From positions 7,130,001 to 7,194,000 of the forward strand of contig OZ234494.1 of the NCBI GenBank assembly GCA_965153455.1: a DNA stretch of 64,000 bases. The letters are read 5' to 3'. The notes beneath the pieces are model-generated. The model was not told the DNA's origin. It did not search any database and saw only the letters and a list, made by a program, of their open reading frames with translations. Positions 1-13,600 of the stretch are shown piece by piece. This stretch comes from Sphagnum compactum (taxonomy: Eukaryota). Both the position numbers and the translations under genes were made by a program. Positions within the stretch are counted from its first letter, which is position 1, and every line of letters begins with the position of its first letter.

Positions 1-1
1 G

Positions 2-175
2 AAAGTGGCACCCACTCGACCACACCCAGGTATACCCAATAGGTCAGCTGCACTGGAGGCGGCTTTAGCCTTGTTTGTGACTCCGTTGGACAAGCTTCGT
101 GATATGTTCACTCCATTCCCAAAGGAAGAGCATGTTCCATACCAACCAAAGCAAGAAGAACACGCAAAAAAGTGA
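2..175 (+). CDS. 3' end of an unidentified gene entering from the left edge (KVAPTRPHPGIPNRSAALEAALALFVTPLDKLRDMFTPFPKEEHVPYQPKQEEHAKK*)
   Basis: Frame 2 is open from the window start to TGA at 173-175, is higher in GC than the flank and reads like protein; UTR-like AT-rich sequence follows. The opposite strand is also open here, so the strand is not certain. Confidence 0.45.
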   Translation, partial: KVAPTRPHPGIPNRSAALEAALALFVTPLDKLRDMFTPFPKEEHVPYQPKQEEHAKK

Positions 176-635
176 TGATCAGAGCTTGTAATTCGGATCT
201 CGGATTCTTCAGGCCCCGGGGAGCTTTCTTTTGTGCTGTAGAGTTGAAGAATTCTAGATTATCCGTGTACAAAAAACTAGAGATCTATCATCAGAATAGT
301 TTTTTGTTCCCATTTCCATATCTCCATGTCTAGGACTCATCTGACATTGCATGTCTGTCTGTTTTCAAGAGCTGTGCAAAACCCTAAACCTTAGGATCAT
401 CCATGCAGCTATAAGCAGTTTACCCTTTTTGCTTCTTGTCCATCACTGGAATGGCATGTCAAGGTCTGAGATTCTGGAGTGAAGTTTTCCAATGAAAATG
501 CGAGTTATGCACAGCAAACTCTTGTGTGTACAGCTGATCAGAATTTTACAACGAGAATTCTGCTTCCAGCCTCTTTTTTCCAAGCTATATATATTCCCGA
601 AAAGCAAAATTAAAGGTGCTAAAATCTAGTGCTGT

Positions 636-830
636 TCAAGATTTTCAATAGCAAGAATTTGAATGAAATTTAAGAAAACTTCCCAGATTTCTATACATGG
701 TTCAAGTAGGGTAGCCAAAAATATAGAGGGATTTTTTAAAAATGTACTTTCATTTGGCTAAATCTTCCTATGGTTAATCACATCTTTGGCTACATCACAA
801 AATTGATAAGGAAAAAAAAAACACACATTA
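636..830. repeat. Copy of a dispersed non-coding repeat family (core CAAGTAGGTAGCCAAAAATATAGAxGGATT)
   Basis: A similar core recurs at ~18677-18706 (cagtaggaagccaagaatatagaaggatt) and ~63451-63481 (cagcaagttgccacaaaatatagcagaatt). Confidence 0.5.
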
Positions 831-1431
831 CTAATGTACAAAACTCTTTGAATCCTTACTTCCTAATGGGGATCAAGAAAACCAACACAAGGACAAGGCA
901 GACACCCTGTGCTTGACTCATGGAAATCATTTGGCTTCAAACCCTAAACCATAAATCTTGCTCCTCCAATGTAGTATTACAAAATGGAAGAAACCACAAA
1001 TCATTTTATGGAAAAAGTCCAAGCGTTTGGGACAATTGGAAGTTGTACCTTTAAAGCTTTGAGACCATCAAAAGATAATTGGTCTTGGAACAACTCGATT
1101 TGTTCTGGTTGAAGTCCTCATGGGGCCAAACTAGGACTCAGTCTCGATAGCAAAGTATAAGGAGTTTAAGTAACGAGTTTGAATTCGTCCTGAGCGGTTG
1201 AGACTTTGAGATAACCAAATGTGCCATGGGGTGTGTGCAGGTAGCTAGGAGCTAAAAAGGTCGATGCGAGAGAAGCTTGACAAAACATATGAAACACAAA
1301 GCAACAAGCGAAAAAAAAGAGACGTGTCAACCGATCTACGCTTCGAACAAAGGCTCTTGGCTATGGCTAATTGGCTTGGCCTTGGTCTCATACAAGATGT
1401 GGGATACCATAGGGATTTTTTGTTTTTCCTC

Positions 1432-1490
1432 CTTGTTCCCAATGTGTTCCCAATGTGTTCCCAAAGTTTCCCCAAGAGTTCCCAATAGCA
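1432..1490. repeat. Short tandem (TGTTCCCAATG-like, ~11-12 bp) array within a probable repeat element
   Basis: tgttcccaatg-tgttcccaatg-tgttcccaaag-tttccccaagagttcccaatag seen directly. Confidence 0.6.
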
Positions 1491-4400
1491 CCTGGGGTTT
1501 TATCCCATATGGGTTGCCCAAAGTTCAACTCCATGTATATAAACTGAAAAGGACAAACTTAAAGGACATAAAGAGGTGCTTTTACTGGGGGCATGTCCAA
1601 TGTCCCAAAGACACTTACTAATTGGCCAATCAAAATTGCTCCAATAAATTATTTTTTAAAATTGTGATCGCACCCGTGATGTAATTAACTATGTACACTA
1701 TAAGCATACTTCAAATGCATTTTATGTTGTATTGTGGATCGTGGAAAATGCATTGCTCGTTACTCTAAGATATTTCAAATAGAAATACAAGAAACCCTTA
1801 TATTAATCACCTTTGGTGATTTTTGTGACACTAATGAATTGTGATTTAAACATGTATAGTCACATTCCATATAAACCCTTACAACATTGTAACCCCAGTC
1901 ATCATTTAATGTATTTAATATTAAATTATTCATCATAAGCATTTAAAACAAAACACACCTTACAAAAATTAATACCATGATTTTAAAAGTGAACCATCAT
2001 AGCTTGCATTTCCCCTAGGCAAGATTTTTTTTAATGACATTTATACACATTAATATAATATTCATTTTTGTCATGAGAATTTTTTACCATTGTAAAAATC
2101 ATGAATTTTCTAATCCATCACATTTTGCAACCGATCCTACTTTGCCTAACACATGTCATCATGACAAACAAACTCATTACTTTGTAAGGAATCACCTAAG
2201 TGGGTAGGGTTGGATCATGTTTTCATGTTGCACTTGACATGGTCACAATATTGTGTTTGTCTGAATTGTCTTAATGATTCTAGGAGTACAACATTAATCC
2301 CTTTATGTTTTATTAGAATCTCTTGGCATTGATTCACCAATTGTGACTCATATGGATGACACCTTATCACCACCAAAAGCAAAAGAAAAATGTTCTTACC
2401 ATGAATTAACAATTCAGTTTCATGAGTAACCAAACTACTAAGTGAATTGAATTGTAAATGGGATTTGATAATTGTGTGCACATTGTCAAGTTCAACATCT
2501 ACTCTAAGGTTGATAAAAAAGATTTAATTTGTTGACACCTAAATGACATTTGTTATACAAACATGTTGACTTACAATAATTTTAGGAAAAAGAAACCTTT
2601 GAAACAAGTGAAGAAGGTATTACATTCCTTTTTCACCTCTTTCAAAAGGGGATTAGTATATGATTAAGTCCACTATAGACACTTGCCAAAAGTGAGGTTG
2701 TTTATGTCACCAAGATTAGGGAATCATTGTTGCAACATGTTGTTAATGGGTCATAATGGGGAAGAAACATAGAGAATGTATTTAGTTTGCCACTTTGTTC
2801 CACACTTTGAAGCATTATAAATTGGTGCATAGTTATGAGTTCACAAGGTGCTATTTGATTTTCTGTAGTTGAACACACATAATGAGGTGGGTTATGACTT
2901 AATAGCAACATAGGTAACATATTATTAAACGTCATCATATCTATTATTGTAATGGCCCAATATAGTTCTTTGACTTGTCATGAAATGAGACATACTATTG
3001 ACAATCAAAGCTAGTAATGTTAATTCATATTTAGACATGTGCAATATTTTGGTTTTGGATATTAATCATTTTCCTTTCAACATAGCTAGTTGGATTCCAA
3101 GTGAAGCTTACAACCTCAATTAAGTGCTTATGTAAGCATTGATGGATCAAGGTGGTGTATCCAAAAATATAATTAATAAGAAACTAATGAGATTTGGCAC
3201 AGACATTGGGGTTTCTATATTCTAAAGTATCGCATCAAATATTATTTGACAAGTTTTTGATGGGTAGAGTCCACACTCCATGGAAGATTATAGTCCCTTG
3301 TATGACTCATAGTACCAATTTTATCAAACTTGTAGATGGTGAGTAGAATGAAGGTCTATTGTCAACATTATGTACAAATTGTTATGAAATATGTCTTTGC
3401 CTTGTCATTGCAAGGGATGTAATGCTCATCTTCATTAACAATGTCTTGCAATATTCTATTCATAACATACCAAAGATAGTTTTTTTATTTCATATGTTTC
3501 ATAAAAATACAATGAATGGTTTTAAAAAAATACAAATACTTTTCCACATGCCCTAATTTAAAACATTTAGAGATTTCAAAGTTATTGAGATTATGGAAAC
3601 AAAAGAAGTTAAAATCTTAAATACATGAAGCCTTAAGCTTTGGATATAGATATGTTGGCACCAACCAATTATGTTATGTTAGAATATATGACATTGTTGA
3701 TGAAAATGACCAAATTGACATCCCATGCAACAACTAAGCAAAATCAAATTTAGGTCCTTTTTAATGTCCAAATCATGTTGGGTGAAAACACACTATGGAG
3801 GACTTGCTTTAAGCAAAAAAAATACTCTTTTTGGTATATTTTGGGGGTAGTTTTTCTTTGATTTCATCTAGCATTTTGATAAACATATAAAATGGATTTT
3901 AATACAAAGGCCTCCAACATAATTCTTGCCATCTTTCAAAAGAAAGTAATTTTTCAACAAAATGTTTTTTTTCAACACACTTATGTTCATTTGAATGAAA
4001 AATGTTTTTTGTGAAATCACATGAATCAAACTTTTCAATTGTAATTGAAATTATACAACCAATTCATAATTAATATATGACTAAGTACTTCATCAAGTTT
4101 TAAATTATTTGAATCATTTTTAGAGTATATTTGCACTTTGCAATATATCGTGACAACATATATAAATTCTCACAAATGTAATATTAAATCTTGTAATATT
4201 AATCAAAAAATGTAGTTTCCTTTGATAATTTCATTATTTGGCTATTGAACTACCTTATTTTGAATATAATTTATGAAAACCTCTTTTCATATTGGCTTGG
4301 TGGAAATTGAAAGTTGCACAATTTTTTTTAAAAATATTTGTGACTACATTTTTTGGCCACGTAATGTGCTTTCACCCTATTGTGCTACCATATTTTCTCT

Positions 4401-6739
4401 ATTGCAATCAATCCATGGACCATAATTTGATCAAGTTCAATCAGTTGAGGGATGTGTTTATATATGATTTTGTGGGAATGAATAAAGTGTGTATTAGGGA
4501 AGATATATGCCTTGTACACAAACATAGACACCAAGTTCAAAGCGAATGCCTTTGAACATTACATTGAAACTATATTGAATGATAAACATGAATGAATTAT
4601 CATTTGTTGGGTTATGAATTTGAACATTAATGTCAAACATCTAATTTTTTATGTGAATTAGTAATGTAATGTATGGGCTACTCATGAATTCGAAAATTTG
4701 TACGAGACAACATTTGTGCAACCATAGCACTTGTGAAACCAATTTTTGCAAATATTTTTTTCATTCTAACCTTTATGTTACATTTTCTTTCTTTTTATGT
4801 GTTTCAAATGTCACATTTGAATTAGTTATGTATACATGAACAATATTGATGTGGGCACTAGTTGTTTATGTTGATCCTACCTTCTTACAAAACTATAAAG
4901 AAGATTTCTTACTTATGGAATTTTGGATAGGTCAAAAGTGTGTGGTGTAACACAATATTGGCTACAAGTAGATGTAGAGGATTTAGGGTGTGTTTGGATC
5001 AATTGGATTGTCACATGGATGTCAACATGTCACCTTGCATGACAAAACAAGTGGCCCCCAGGTCATAAAACCCTAATTATAAATGCATGACTACATTATG
5101 TTAATTGAACTTTGACATGGACATAAACATGTCATCATGCACAACATAAAATAGAAGTTTTGTTGGTTCATGCAAAGTGCATATACTATGATGCTTTTAA
5201 TTATTTTTCAAAACACTAAATTTTAACCAATTTTGTGGTTATATAATCTTAATATAACTACCATTAGATTATATACCTCTTCATCATTTACACTTCCATC
5301 AACATCCTTGTATCCCTTTTTTTTCCATTACATAGTTAATTTTTCCAAGAAACATTTGACACAACCTAAATCTTGGAATTAATACATGAAAATTTGATAG
5401 AATTTGTGATTTAAAGTATATTTTAAAACCCAAGACATGCTTTAATCAATTTATAATGCATGTCACAAGAAAAATTAACCTTGATACAATATTATTGTAA
5501 TTGAGTAAATTGTGTTGGAAAGTTTATAATATTTTATAGTATATAAATTATCTAAAAAGTAAAAGGCATGTGGATTTAATTTCATTATAATTTTTTTATA
5601 TAATTTTTTAAATTTAAATATTATAAATAAAATTATGATCGAAATTAAAGAAAATAAAAAATAAAATAAAATTTCATTTTAATTTTTCAAACAAATACTG
5701 AAAATTTAACATAACATCTTTACATTTTGAAATTAAAAAGAGTACTTGACAATTCAATTTAATTGTTCCATGCAAAACCAAATCGATCCTTCATCATGGC
5801 ATTGGCAACTTACCCAAGACCAACCTCCTATTGTATCTTTGATTGCTTTCTATATACAAATGGTTGCATGGATTTTCTTGGAGACTTTTTTATGCTTCTC
5901 ATTTGGGTGAGCTCCATGATCGAGTAATTTCAAGTCTCTTAATGACCTTCCAATAATATGGATGAAATTGATCAAACGATGAGATTAAAGCACAAAAACT
6001 AATGTTTGAGACGAAAATATATCATAACAATAGTCACAAAATTGTTCATGTGTTTTGTAGCCTACAAACCTATCTCCTTTGCAACCAAGTAGGTTGTGTG
6101 CCTACCTACTTCCATCCATTTTACAGACCTAATTCCATGCTTGTAAATGGAAACATGTGAAAACTTGACAATCTTTCAGAGTTATCCATGAAGCTATAGT
6201 TGGAACTTGAGGAAAGATGTTATCCAATGTGCCCAAATCAAGTCATGTCTCATATTATTTTTGAGATGATCAACCAATCAAATTATGGGGACAGATAATT
6301 TCAATTCGTGATGGTGGGAAATTTTTCAACCCATCATGATAATTATATGGAATGCTCATTGTTGGAGCTTAATTTAAATCCATGTAAAAGGCTTATTACC
6401 GTGGTGTTATTTACATGTTGCTAATGCATCATAATGATATGAGATTTGAATGTGTGTTTGGATATCTAGTTTGAGAGAATCATTGGAAGTAAGTGTATAT
6501 AACACTCTTGTCAAGAAGGGGTGGTGTCACATTGTAGTAGCCTTTGCCATTTACATTAAAAAAAAAGTATTAAGGGAAATGAAGAATAATGTAATCTCAA
6601 ATAATTCACCATGCAAAAATATAATTTTCAAAACATCCTCTAAAAGAAACCAATTTAATCCTTCAAGATATTATACAACTCTATAACTAATATCTCAAGT
6701 TTCAACACAAGCCAAAATATCATCTTTCAAAAATCCTCA

Positions 6740-7096
6740 TCTACTATATTAATTCATTACGTTTGTGCGTGCGTCTGTCTGACACGACAATTCTGCTGCA
6801 ATTCTATGGCAGAATCGGCCTCTGCATTTTCTATGGCAGAACCGGGCAATGCATTTTCTATGACAGGGCTTGGTAACGGGGCGGGGAGGGGCCAACACGG
6901 GGGGGGGGCCAACACGGGGCGGGAAGTTAATTATATATAACAGGGGAACGAGGGGGGGATCAACAGGTTAAAAAATCGGAGTGAAAAATGCGAAGGATGA
7001 GGGGAGAGTCGACGGGGTAAAGAACCGGAGTGGGCAATGGGAAGGACCGGGCGGGGGGGAGCTCGACGGGTGCATTATGCACCGGGTTCACACTAG
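6740..7096 (+). mobile_element. Complete non-autonomous Helitron (357 bp)
   Basis: Begins TCTACTATATT (6740), ends CTAG (7093-7096), has a subterminal hairpin GGTGCAT-T-ATGCACC (7069-7083) about 10 nt before the end, and sits between A (6739) and T (7097) with no TSD. GC-rich interior with internal direct repeats (TTCTATGGCAGAA-like x3; GGGGCCAACACGGGG x2). Confidence 0.9.
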
Positions 7097-7244
7097 TATA
7101 AAAGGATTTTATATATGGATAAAATATATATTATCCATATATATTATTAATATATTATATTATATATTACCTAGGGGCCAAAATCCATTAAGCTACTTTT
7201 TTTGTGTATGGAAAATTTGGGCAAGTTTTCCACCAGTTCATATG

Positions 7245-7342
7245 TTTTAGGGTTGGTACCAAATAGAACCTAGAAGAAGCTAGTAAGTCTATGATGAATG
7301 AACTTACTAGTAAGTATGTAAGGTTTATGACGGGTTTAGGGT
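7245..7342. promoter_or_regulatory. Telo-box-like motifs (TTTAGGGT) upstream of the PPR gene
   Basis: ttttagggtt at ~7245-7254 and tttagggt at ~7335-7342, at the AT-rich to GC-rich transition. Confidence 0.4.
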
Positions 7343-7372
7343 CTCGGGTGCAAGAACTTCCGCAATTCAGCG

Positions 7373-7396
7373 ATGGCAGTAAAGAAGAAGATTTGA
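7373..7396 (+). other. uORF copy 1, MAVKKKI*
   Basis: gcgATG GCA GTA AAG AAG AAG ATT TGA; strong start context; part of an ~83-bp tandem duplication. Confidence 0.55.
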
Positions 7397-7455
7397 TTAC
7401 GCGGAGTTTGGTTGGTTTCGGGGAATTCAGGCACGCAGAGTTCCGCAATTTGACG

Positions 7456-7482
7456 ATGGCGGTGAAGAAGAAGAAGATCTGA
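7456..7482 (+). other. uORF copy 2, MAVKKKKI*
   Basis: acgATG GCG GTG AAG AAG AAG AAG ATC TGA; strong start context. Confidence 0.55.
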
Positions 7483-7626
7483 TCTGATGGGGCGGAGTTT
7501 TTGTTTTGTTTTGTTTTCGTTTCTTTGGGGGTGTCTTCTGTTCCTTTTATCCGCGGGATCTATGGAGCTCTTGTAGTGTCGATGCAAAACGGGTGCTAGG
7601 CGTGGGCGTACAGGGAATGCTAGCTA

Positions 7627-10600
7627 ATGACGATCATCACCTTCTCATCGCGCCGTCTACTTTTGTTGTCGTCTTTCTCCTCTCGAAGATTGTCCCATTC
7701 CCTGGCTGCTGTTGCTGCAGAAACTTGGCCTTCAGGTTTGTTTTGTTTTTTGTTTTTTTGGTTATTTCCTTTCGTCTTGTGAGACTTTGTGAATGTAGAT
7801 GCCATTTTTGCTCGCACCGTGTAACTTTTGGAAAGTTGTGGAGGAGTAGACAGTCCTGGTTTTTTTTCCCGTGGCATTTTTTAAGGGTTTCAGGATGCTG
7901 GACAGCTGAAAATCTTCCTTTCAGTACAATTATTGATATGTGAGACGCATCCCAAACAGAATCCACTAGTTGTGTTGAAGGATTTCTGCCCCATTCAGTT
8001 GTCTAGGTTTTCAAGAAATGTGAGTTGCTGCACATTTGAATTCTGCTTTGAATCACAGCAAGAAAATGCCCACGGATGTCAGGTTTTTTTTTTTGCATAA
8101 GCAAACCTTTCTTCAGGAAATGGCAATTCTCAATCTATGTGTCTCTTCAGGTTTAGGGTTCCGGAATACTTTGAACTGTGCATTTGTGGTTTAGGTTTTA
8201 GGGTTTTGTGCAAAGTGTTGAGAATTCATTGGAGTGTTCATTGTCCTAGATTTCTAACATCATGTTCCTTGACTGAGAAAACTGTGCAGACTCAGAGAAT
8301 TGGCTTGATGATGCAACATCAGTTGCAGAATCAGTTGCAGTGCAGGGTGATGCATCTAATGAGAACTCTCATCAAAGAGGTCAGAAGAGTAGAAAAAGTG
8401 GATGGCCACAAGACTGTTTGCAGGAGAAGTCCAACTCCAAGTTTGAGGTTGAAACAGTGACTGATGTACCAAAACTGTTCAACCTTCTCAAGAAGAAGAG
8501 GTTTAATGAATTACTAGTGGCTCATGATGCTATGGTAGCAGCGAAAAGCTCAGCCTGCAAGGCAATGAGCATTGCCACATACTCACGCTTGATGACTCAG
8601 TGTGGTCGGGAGCTGGGGCCTGAAACTGTCCTTCCAATTTTCAAACGCATGCTACAGGCAGGGGTTACCCCTGATGTGGTTTCTTACACAATTGTTATAC
8701 AAGCTTTTATGGAGATGGAAACAAAGGTTGAAATGACCTCTGCCTGGGATCACATGACTAGGAATGTGAGCTGAAACTATTTCTTACGTGTCACTTCCTG
8801 GATGTCTTTGAAGGGTGTCTGATGATGATCATTTGTTAGTTCCTTTGCTGCACTAATTGCAGGATAATCAATTATGTTTTTTGAGGCAGATTCAAGCTGT
8901 AGTACCAATATTGGAACGAAGTTTCTACTCAGATGTTTGTGGTTTGTGATGTGTATAGCAAGGTAAGAGAAGCTCTGAGTCCTCCACTTCTGCTCAGGGA
9001 GTATGGGCTACCAGAGCCCTTGAACTATTACGAGAAATGCGGGCAAAAGGATTAGTTCCCAACATGTTGACCTACAAGCCGATAATCGCATGGCTTGCTG
9101 CCAAAGGGAATGTTACACTATACCATGAATTCACAAAGTACATGGATGAAGATGGAGTCCCTCAAGATGGAGTGTTCAAAAAAAATGAAATTCAATTTGC
9201 TCTCAGTGCTGGTGACCTTGAGAGGGCAAAAGGCCTCTACCTTGCAGCCAAGAAAGAAAATGTGCAACTGGTTACAACACTTGATGGTGAGTTATTTATG
9301 TAGAACCCTTGACCTTATTCTCTTGAGACTTCCATGCTTCTAGAGTCATTGGTATCAAAGTGAAAGTGCAGATACATGCAATGGCTTGGCCTGTTTGGTA
9401 GGTTGAACTTGTGTCCAGGTAATATAGTTGACAATGTACATCACCTGGTGTCAGTTTTTTGCTTACTCAGCATCTTAGCTTGAATTGATACCTTCTTGAG
9501 TAAAAGCTCTCAAAACTCACCACAGACAGCCACATTATCAAAGGCCAACAAACTCACTTCCAATTTCAATGGACTCTAGGGTGGATGACTGCTTAGAATT
9601 TCCTGCTGATGGGGGGCAGGATTGGGGGGACATGGATGAGACAGCCCAGTTCATATTGGAGTTTGCAACAGCTGATAAAGTTGCTGTGGTGGTGGATCTA
9701 CTTCCCAAGGTGTTACCTCATGTAAGATCAAGCAGGAGCATCAGTGCTGCCTTCCGTTGTCTTGGCAAGCATGGCCGGCATGAGACTGCTTTACAGTGTT
9801 TTGCTATACTGAAAGAAAAGGGTATGCAATCACTTGTTGTGTCCTTGTTGTAAACAGATCTAGACAGGCCTCTGTTCTAGCATTGCTTACTAGAAGCCAG
9901 AAGGTGCTTCTGGCTACTGTTCTGGACTGCAAGCATTTGTTGCTTTATTATGAGTGGCTTCAGATTTGTAAAACTGAGTGTATGAACCTCTCAGCTAAGT
10001 GACCAGAGAAAAAAGTGCCTTAGAGGGGTTGCATTGCTGTGCCTTGGACAAGCTCATGAGATGGTGATTGCATGGATGAAACTGGACAGGTACCAGTGCA
10101 AAGTACAGGAGCTTTGTCTTGACTGCCTACATCCTTGGCTATACGAAAAGAGATAAGGTATTTGAGATTACAAGTTCATATTAGGCAGGTGCTTTGGCTC
10201 AATGAATGGATGGGTCACCATCCTGTTTAAAACTTTGCTGCAGATGAAAGGGTGCACAAGGCTAACTCTGGGCTTGGTTTCCAGCTGGATGATGCAGTAA
10301 AGGCTTTTCGAGAAGTAGAGGAGAGGTTTCAAGTGAAGGCGCTAGCCTCTATGTTTAACATCCTCATTGATTTCTCTTGCAGGCAGGGCGAGGTAGGACA
10401 CCTTTTTCTTTCTCTGAGACAGAAATGCTAATGATCGGGCCAAGCAAACATTTGATTTGTTTATGGCACTGTTTGAAAATCTACGAGTATTTAGAGCTCA
10501 CAACTTGCTCCATGCTGACAGATTTCTCAAGGTCTGGATTTTTTGGATGAGATGCAACAAAGAGGACTGGATTTATCACATTTTTCTTTCAATCCTTTCA

Positions 10601-13600
10601 TTCGTGAGTTTGCTCGGTGGACAATGATTGAAGAGGTACAACTTATGCATGTGCATCCCTGCAATAAAGAAGCAAAAGTTGGATAACATTCCTGTAGACC
10701 CAAAAGCTTAAGGGACAAAACTGGTTTTGCCAAGGACTGATTAACAACTTCAGAATGCTAAAGGACTTTCCTAAAGCTCTTGTGAATCCTGTTAATTCTC
10801 CTGGACGATGCATATGAGTGAGAAAGGGAGAGTGAGTCTTGAGGCATTTCCCAGGAGTCATGTTGTAGCATTAAGCCTATGCCCAATTTTGTGCTCAAGT
10901 CAGGAGAGTTTGATGAAGAAAAATGGTCAGTGGGAGTGCAGTTAAACCTTTGCTGCTATACTCTTGTGGGCATAGACCCTGTGTCCAGTTTGGTTGTAGC
11001 AAGAAGAGTGAAGAAGAGCAGGAGGGTCAGGTAGAGGGGAGGGAATGCAATATGGAGTTGGCTATTGCCTTCATGAAGGCAAGCCCTAGAAGTGGGACCT
11101 TGATACAGATGATTGGTTTGGGTCTCTCAGATTTTCCCCTAGGATCCCCTTACACACATCAATTTGCAGTGGATGGAGAGAAGGAGAGGAAATTGGACAT
11201 CTATGAAATGAGTGAATTTGGTGGGATACAGGCATTTGAGATGAAGGCAGCCATGCACAGGGTCAGTGTGCAGCCATCTGTGGTGACATACCACTCCCTA
11301 ATTGGAATTTGTGTAAAGCTTGGGGATGTAAGTAATTTTCATCATCCCAGTGCCTGTTCCTATCAATGTCTCCTCACTCTGTTGTTCAGTTTAACTAGAG
11401 ACCTTGTTGCACAAGTTGGCTATTGTACACCAAGTTGTACGACACCTCACTGACATGTTTTTAACAATTATTCCTACAGATGGAGAGGGCACATAATCTT
11501 TTCCTGGAAATGAAGGAGTGTGGTGTGGCAACAAACACACAGTGCTTCAACCCTCTCATTATAGGATTTGCCACCCAGGTGAATCTCTCTTTTGTCCTTC
11601 TGAATCTGCTGAAGCCTTGCACCAAAGTTTAACCATGGTGGGGCTTCAGGATGTATTTCTTTTCATCTGCTCCTTAGTAATCTGAGCATGTTTGCATTGT
11701 TGTGGTGATTAGGGAAGGTTTGATCGAGCACTGTCTGTCCTGAAAGAGATGGAATTGGCAGGTGTGAAGCCTGATGTGACCACCTATCGGTTTCTCATTT
11801 TTGCATGCTCGCGTACAAGAAATCAGGAAAAGGCAGTGCAGGTAAATGACTATTGGTCAATCACAATGCTGGCTTAGATTTGATTGCAAAAAACACTTAA
11901 GGACATAGTTGAGAGCTGGGCGTCTTCCTGTTGGAGCATATCATGCCTGGAGAGACCTTGTGCATTCACTTCATTGTTTTGGATTGCAGTTATATGATGA
12001 GATGCAGGAGCGCGGAATAAAGCCAAATCAGTCAATCTTCACAGTGATGGCAACTGTTTTCGCAAAGTGTGGGAACCTTGATCGTGGAATCAAGGTCAGA
12101 TTTCCAACTTTTCCTTTTTTGTAATTTTTTGTGTAAGTAGGATGGTTTTCTTTTCTCAAATTCTTTGTCTTGGTGTTGGTTTTGAGGGTTTCCCATCTGA
12201 TATTATCGCTTCACTTGTTAAACGGCAGATGGTGAGGGCTATAGAGAAGAGTGGAGAGCGAGCAGGAACTGAGACAAAAAGTGCCATTCTGTCAGGCTTG
12301 GCTCTGGCTGGGCGCCTTGATGAAGCTTTTGCCTTGTATGATGAGATCAAAAAAGAAGGTGTCCTTCCTCGTGCATATGCTGTTGGGACTCTTGTGGTGG
12401 GTACTTTCCTCTGTTCTGATAAATACACTTCCAAACTCTCCGAGGATTCTTTTATGCAACTTTCTCTGTGCAACTTGATTCAACATCAAGCAGCACATCT
12501 CATTGGTGTGCTCTGTTTGATAACTTTTGAATTTTATTGATTCTTTAGAAAAGCAATCCACTTTGTATGCATCATCATTGCATTTCACGTTGCTTGAGCT
12601 TATCTTTCCAGACAGAAATTTTTTAAACAACTTGTGAAGCAAGTTCTATGTGTTTTTCTTCTCCTTTTTTACTTAAGTAATGCTGTCCAGTGCCACAATT
12701 ACAAAGGGAATCACATGCCTATTCCTGGGTTGGGGATAAGGATTCTCATCAGGATAGGCTTCTGGTGATGAGCAGGCAGCAGTAGGGAAGGCAGGGGATT
12801 TGGATCGAATGTTTGAGCTTTTCGAGGAAAGCCGTAGTGACAATCAATGGCCAAATTTGAACCAACGCCAGCGAGCTGAGCACCTTAACATCCGCTGCAT
12901 CAATGTGGTGCTTGGCTGTATCCGCAATAACCAGCTTGGGTACTGTCCTTCATCTGAAACCTCCTTTCTGGTGTCCTCAGATCATGCAATTGAACAGATT
13001 AACACATCCATTCATTTTAGCACATCTCCCAACATGTCTACTGGAAATTATGAACTCCCTGTCTACTTCTGGAGGTTTCTGTTTACTCATGATGAATGCA
13101 ACATTGTAATTGGAACAGAAGAGCAATAAAATTTCTGAAGCAAGTGAAGGAGGAGGGCATTGCAGATGAGGGTGTTCTCTTCGAAAAGGTCAATCTTCAT
13201 CCTTTCCTGAGCAGTTTCTTTTGTTAGTTTCCCTAATTTACCCTCAATTGATGCAAGGTATCATGAGATTGACGAGGACCACTTTTCTTTGATCAGATTT
13301 TCTTGCACATCTCAAACGGAGGAGAAGACGAGAACGAGATGTGCTGGTTGGATGTGGAGGATGGGTTTACAGTGGTGGCTGCAATGCGTGAGTTGGGTTT
13401 GCGTCCTTCACGAATTTCATTGGAAGCTCTTCTTGATGGATGCGCTGCCATGAGTGACCCTGAACAAGCGCAAAGAGTGGTCCAGGAAATGGAGCAGGAG
13501 GGTCTGTGTTTGAACATCTTCTCCATGATCAGGTATCAACTGATGCCTTCCTCATTAAATTTAGCAATTCATTTGTGTGTTTTGTCTCCACACAATTGAC

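Noticed and set aside
1700-6700. AT-rich block with fragmentary ORFs, probably decayed transposons
   Set aside because: No motif I could assign to a family with confidence.
8950-8997. Strong donor-like AAG|GTAAGA at 8962 suggesting an extra PPR exon
   Set aside because: The resulting intron to the 8997 acceptor would be only 35 nt; not supportable without RNA data.
10923-11453. 176-aa ORF inside the PPR gene
   Set aside because: It is intron sequence that happens to be open around true exon 7 (11232-11327).
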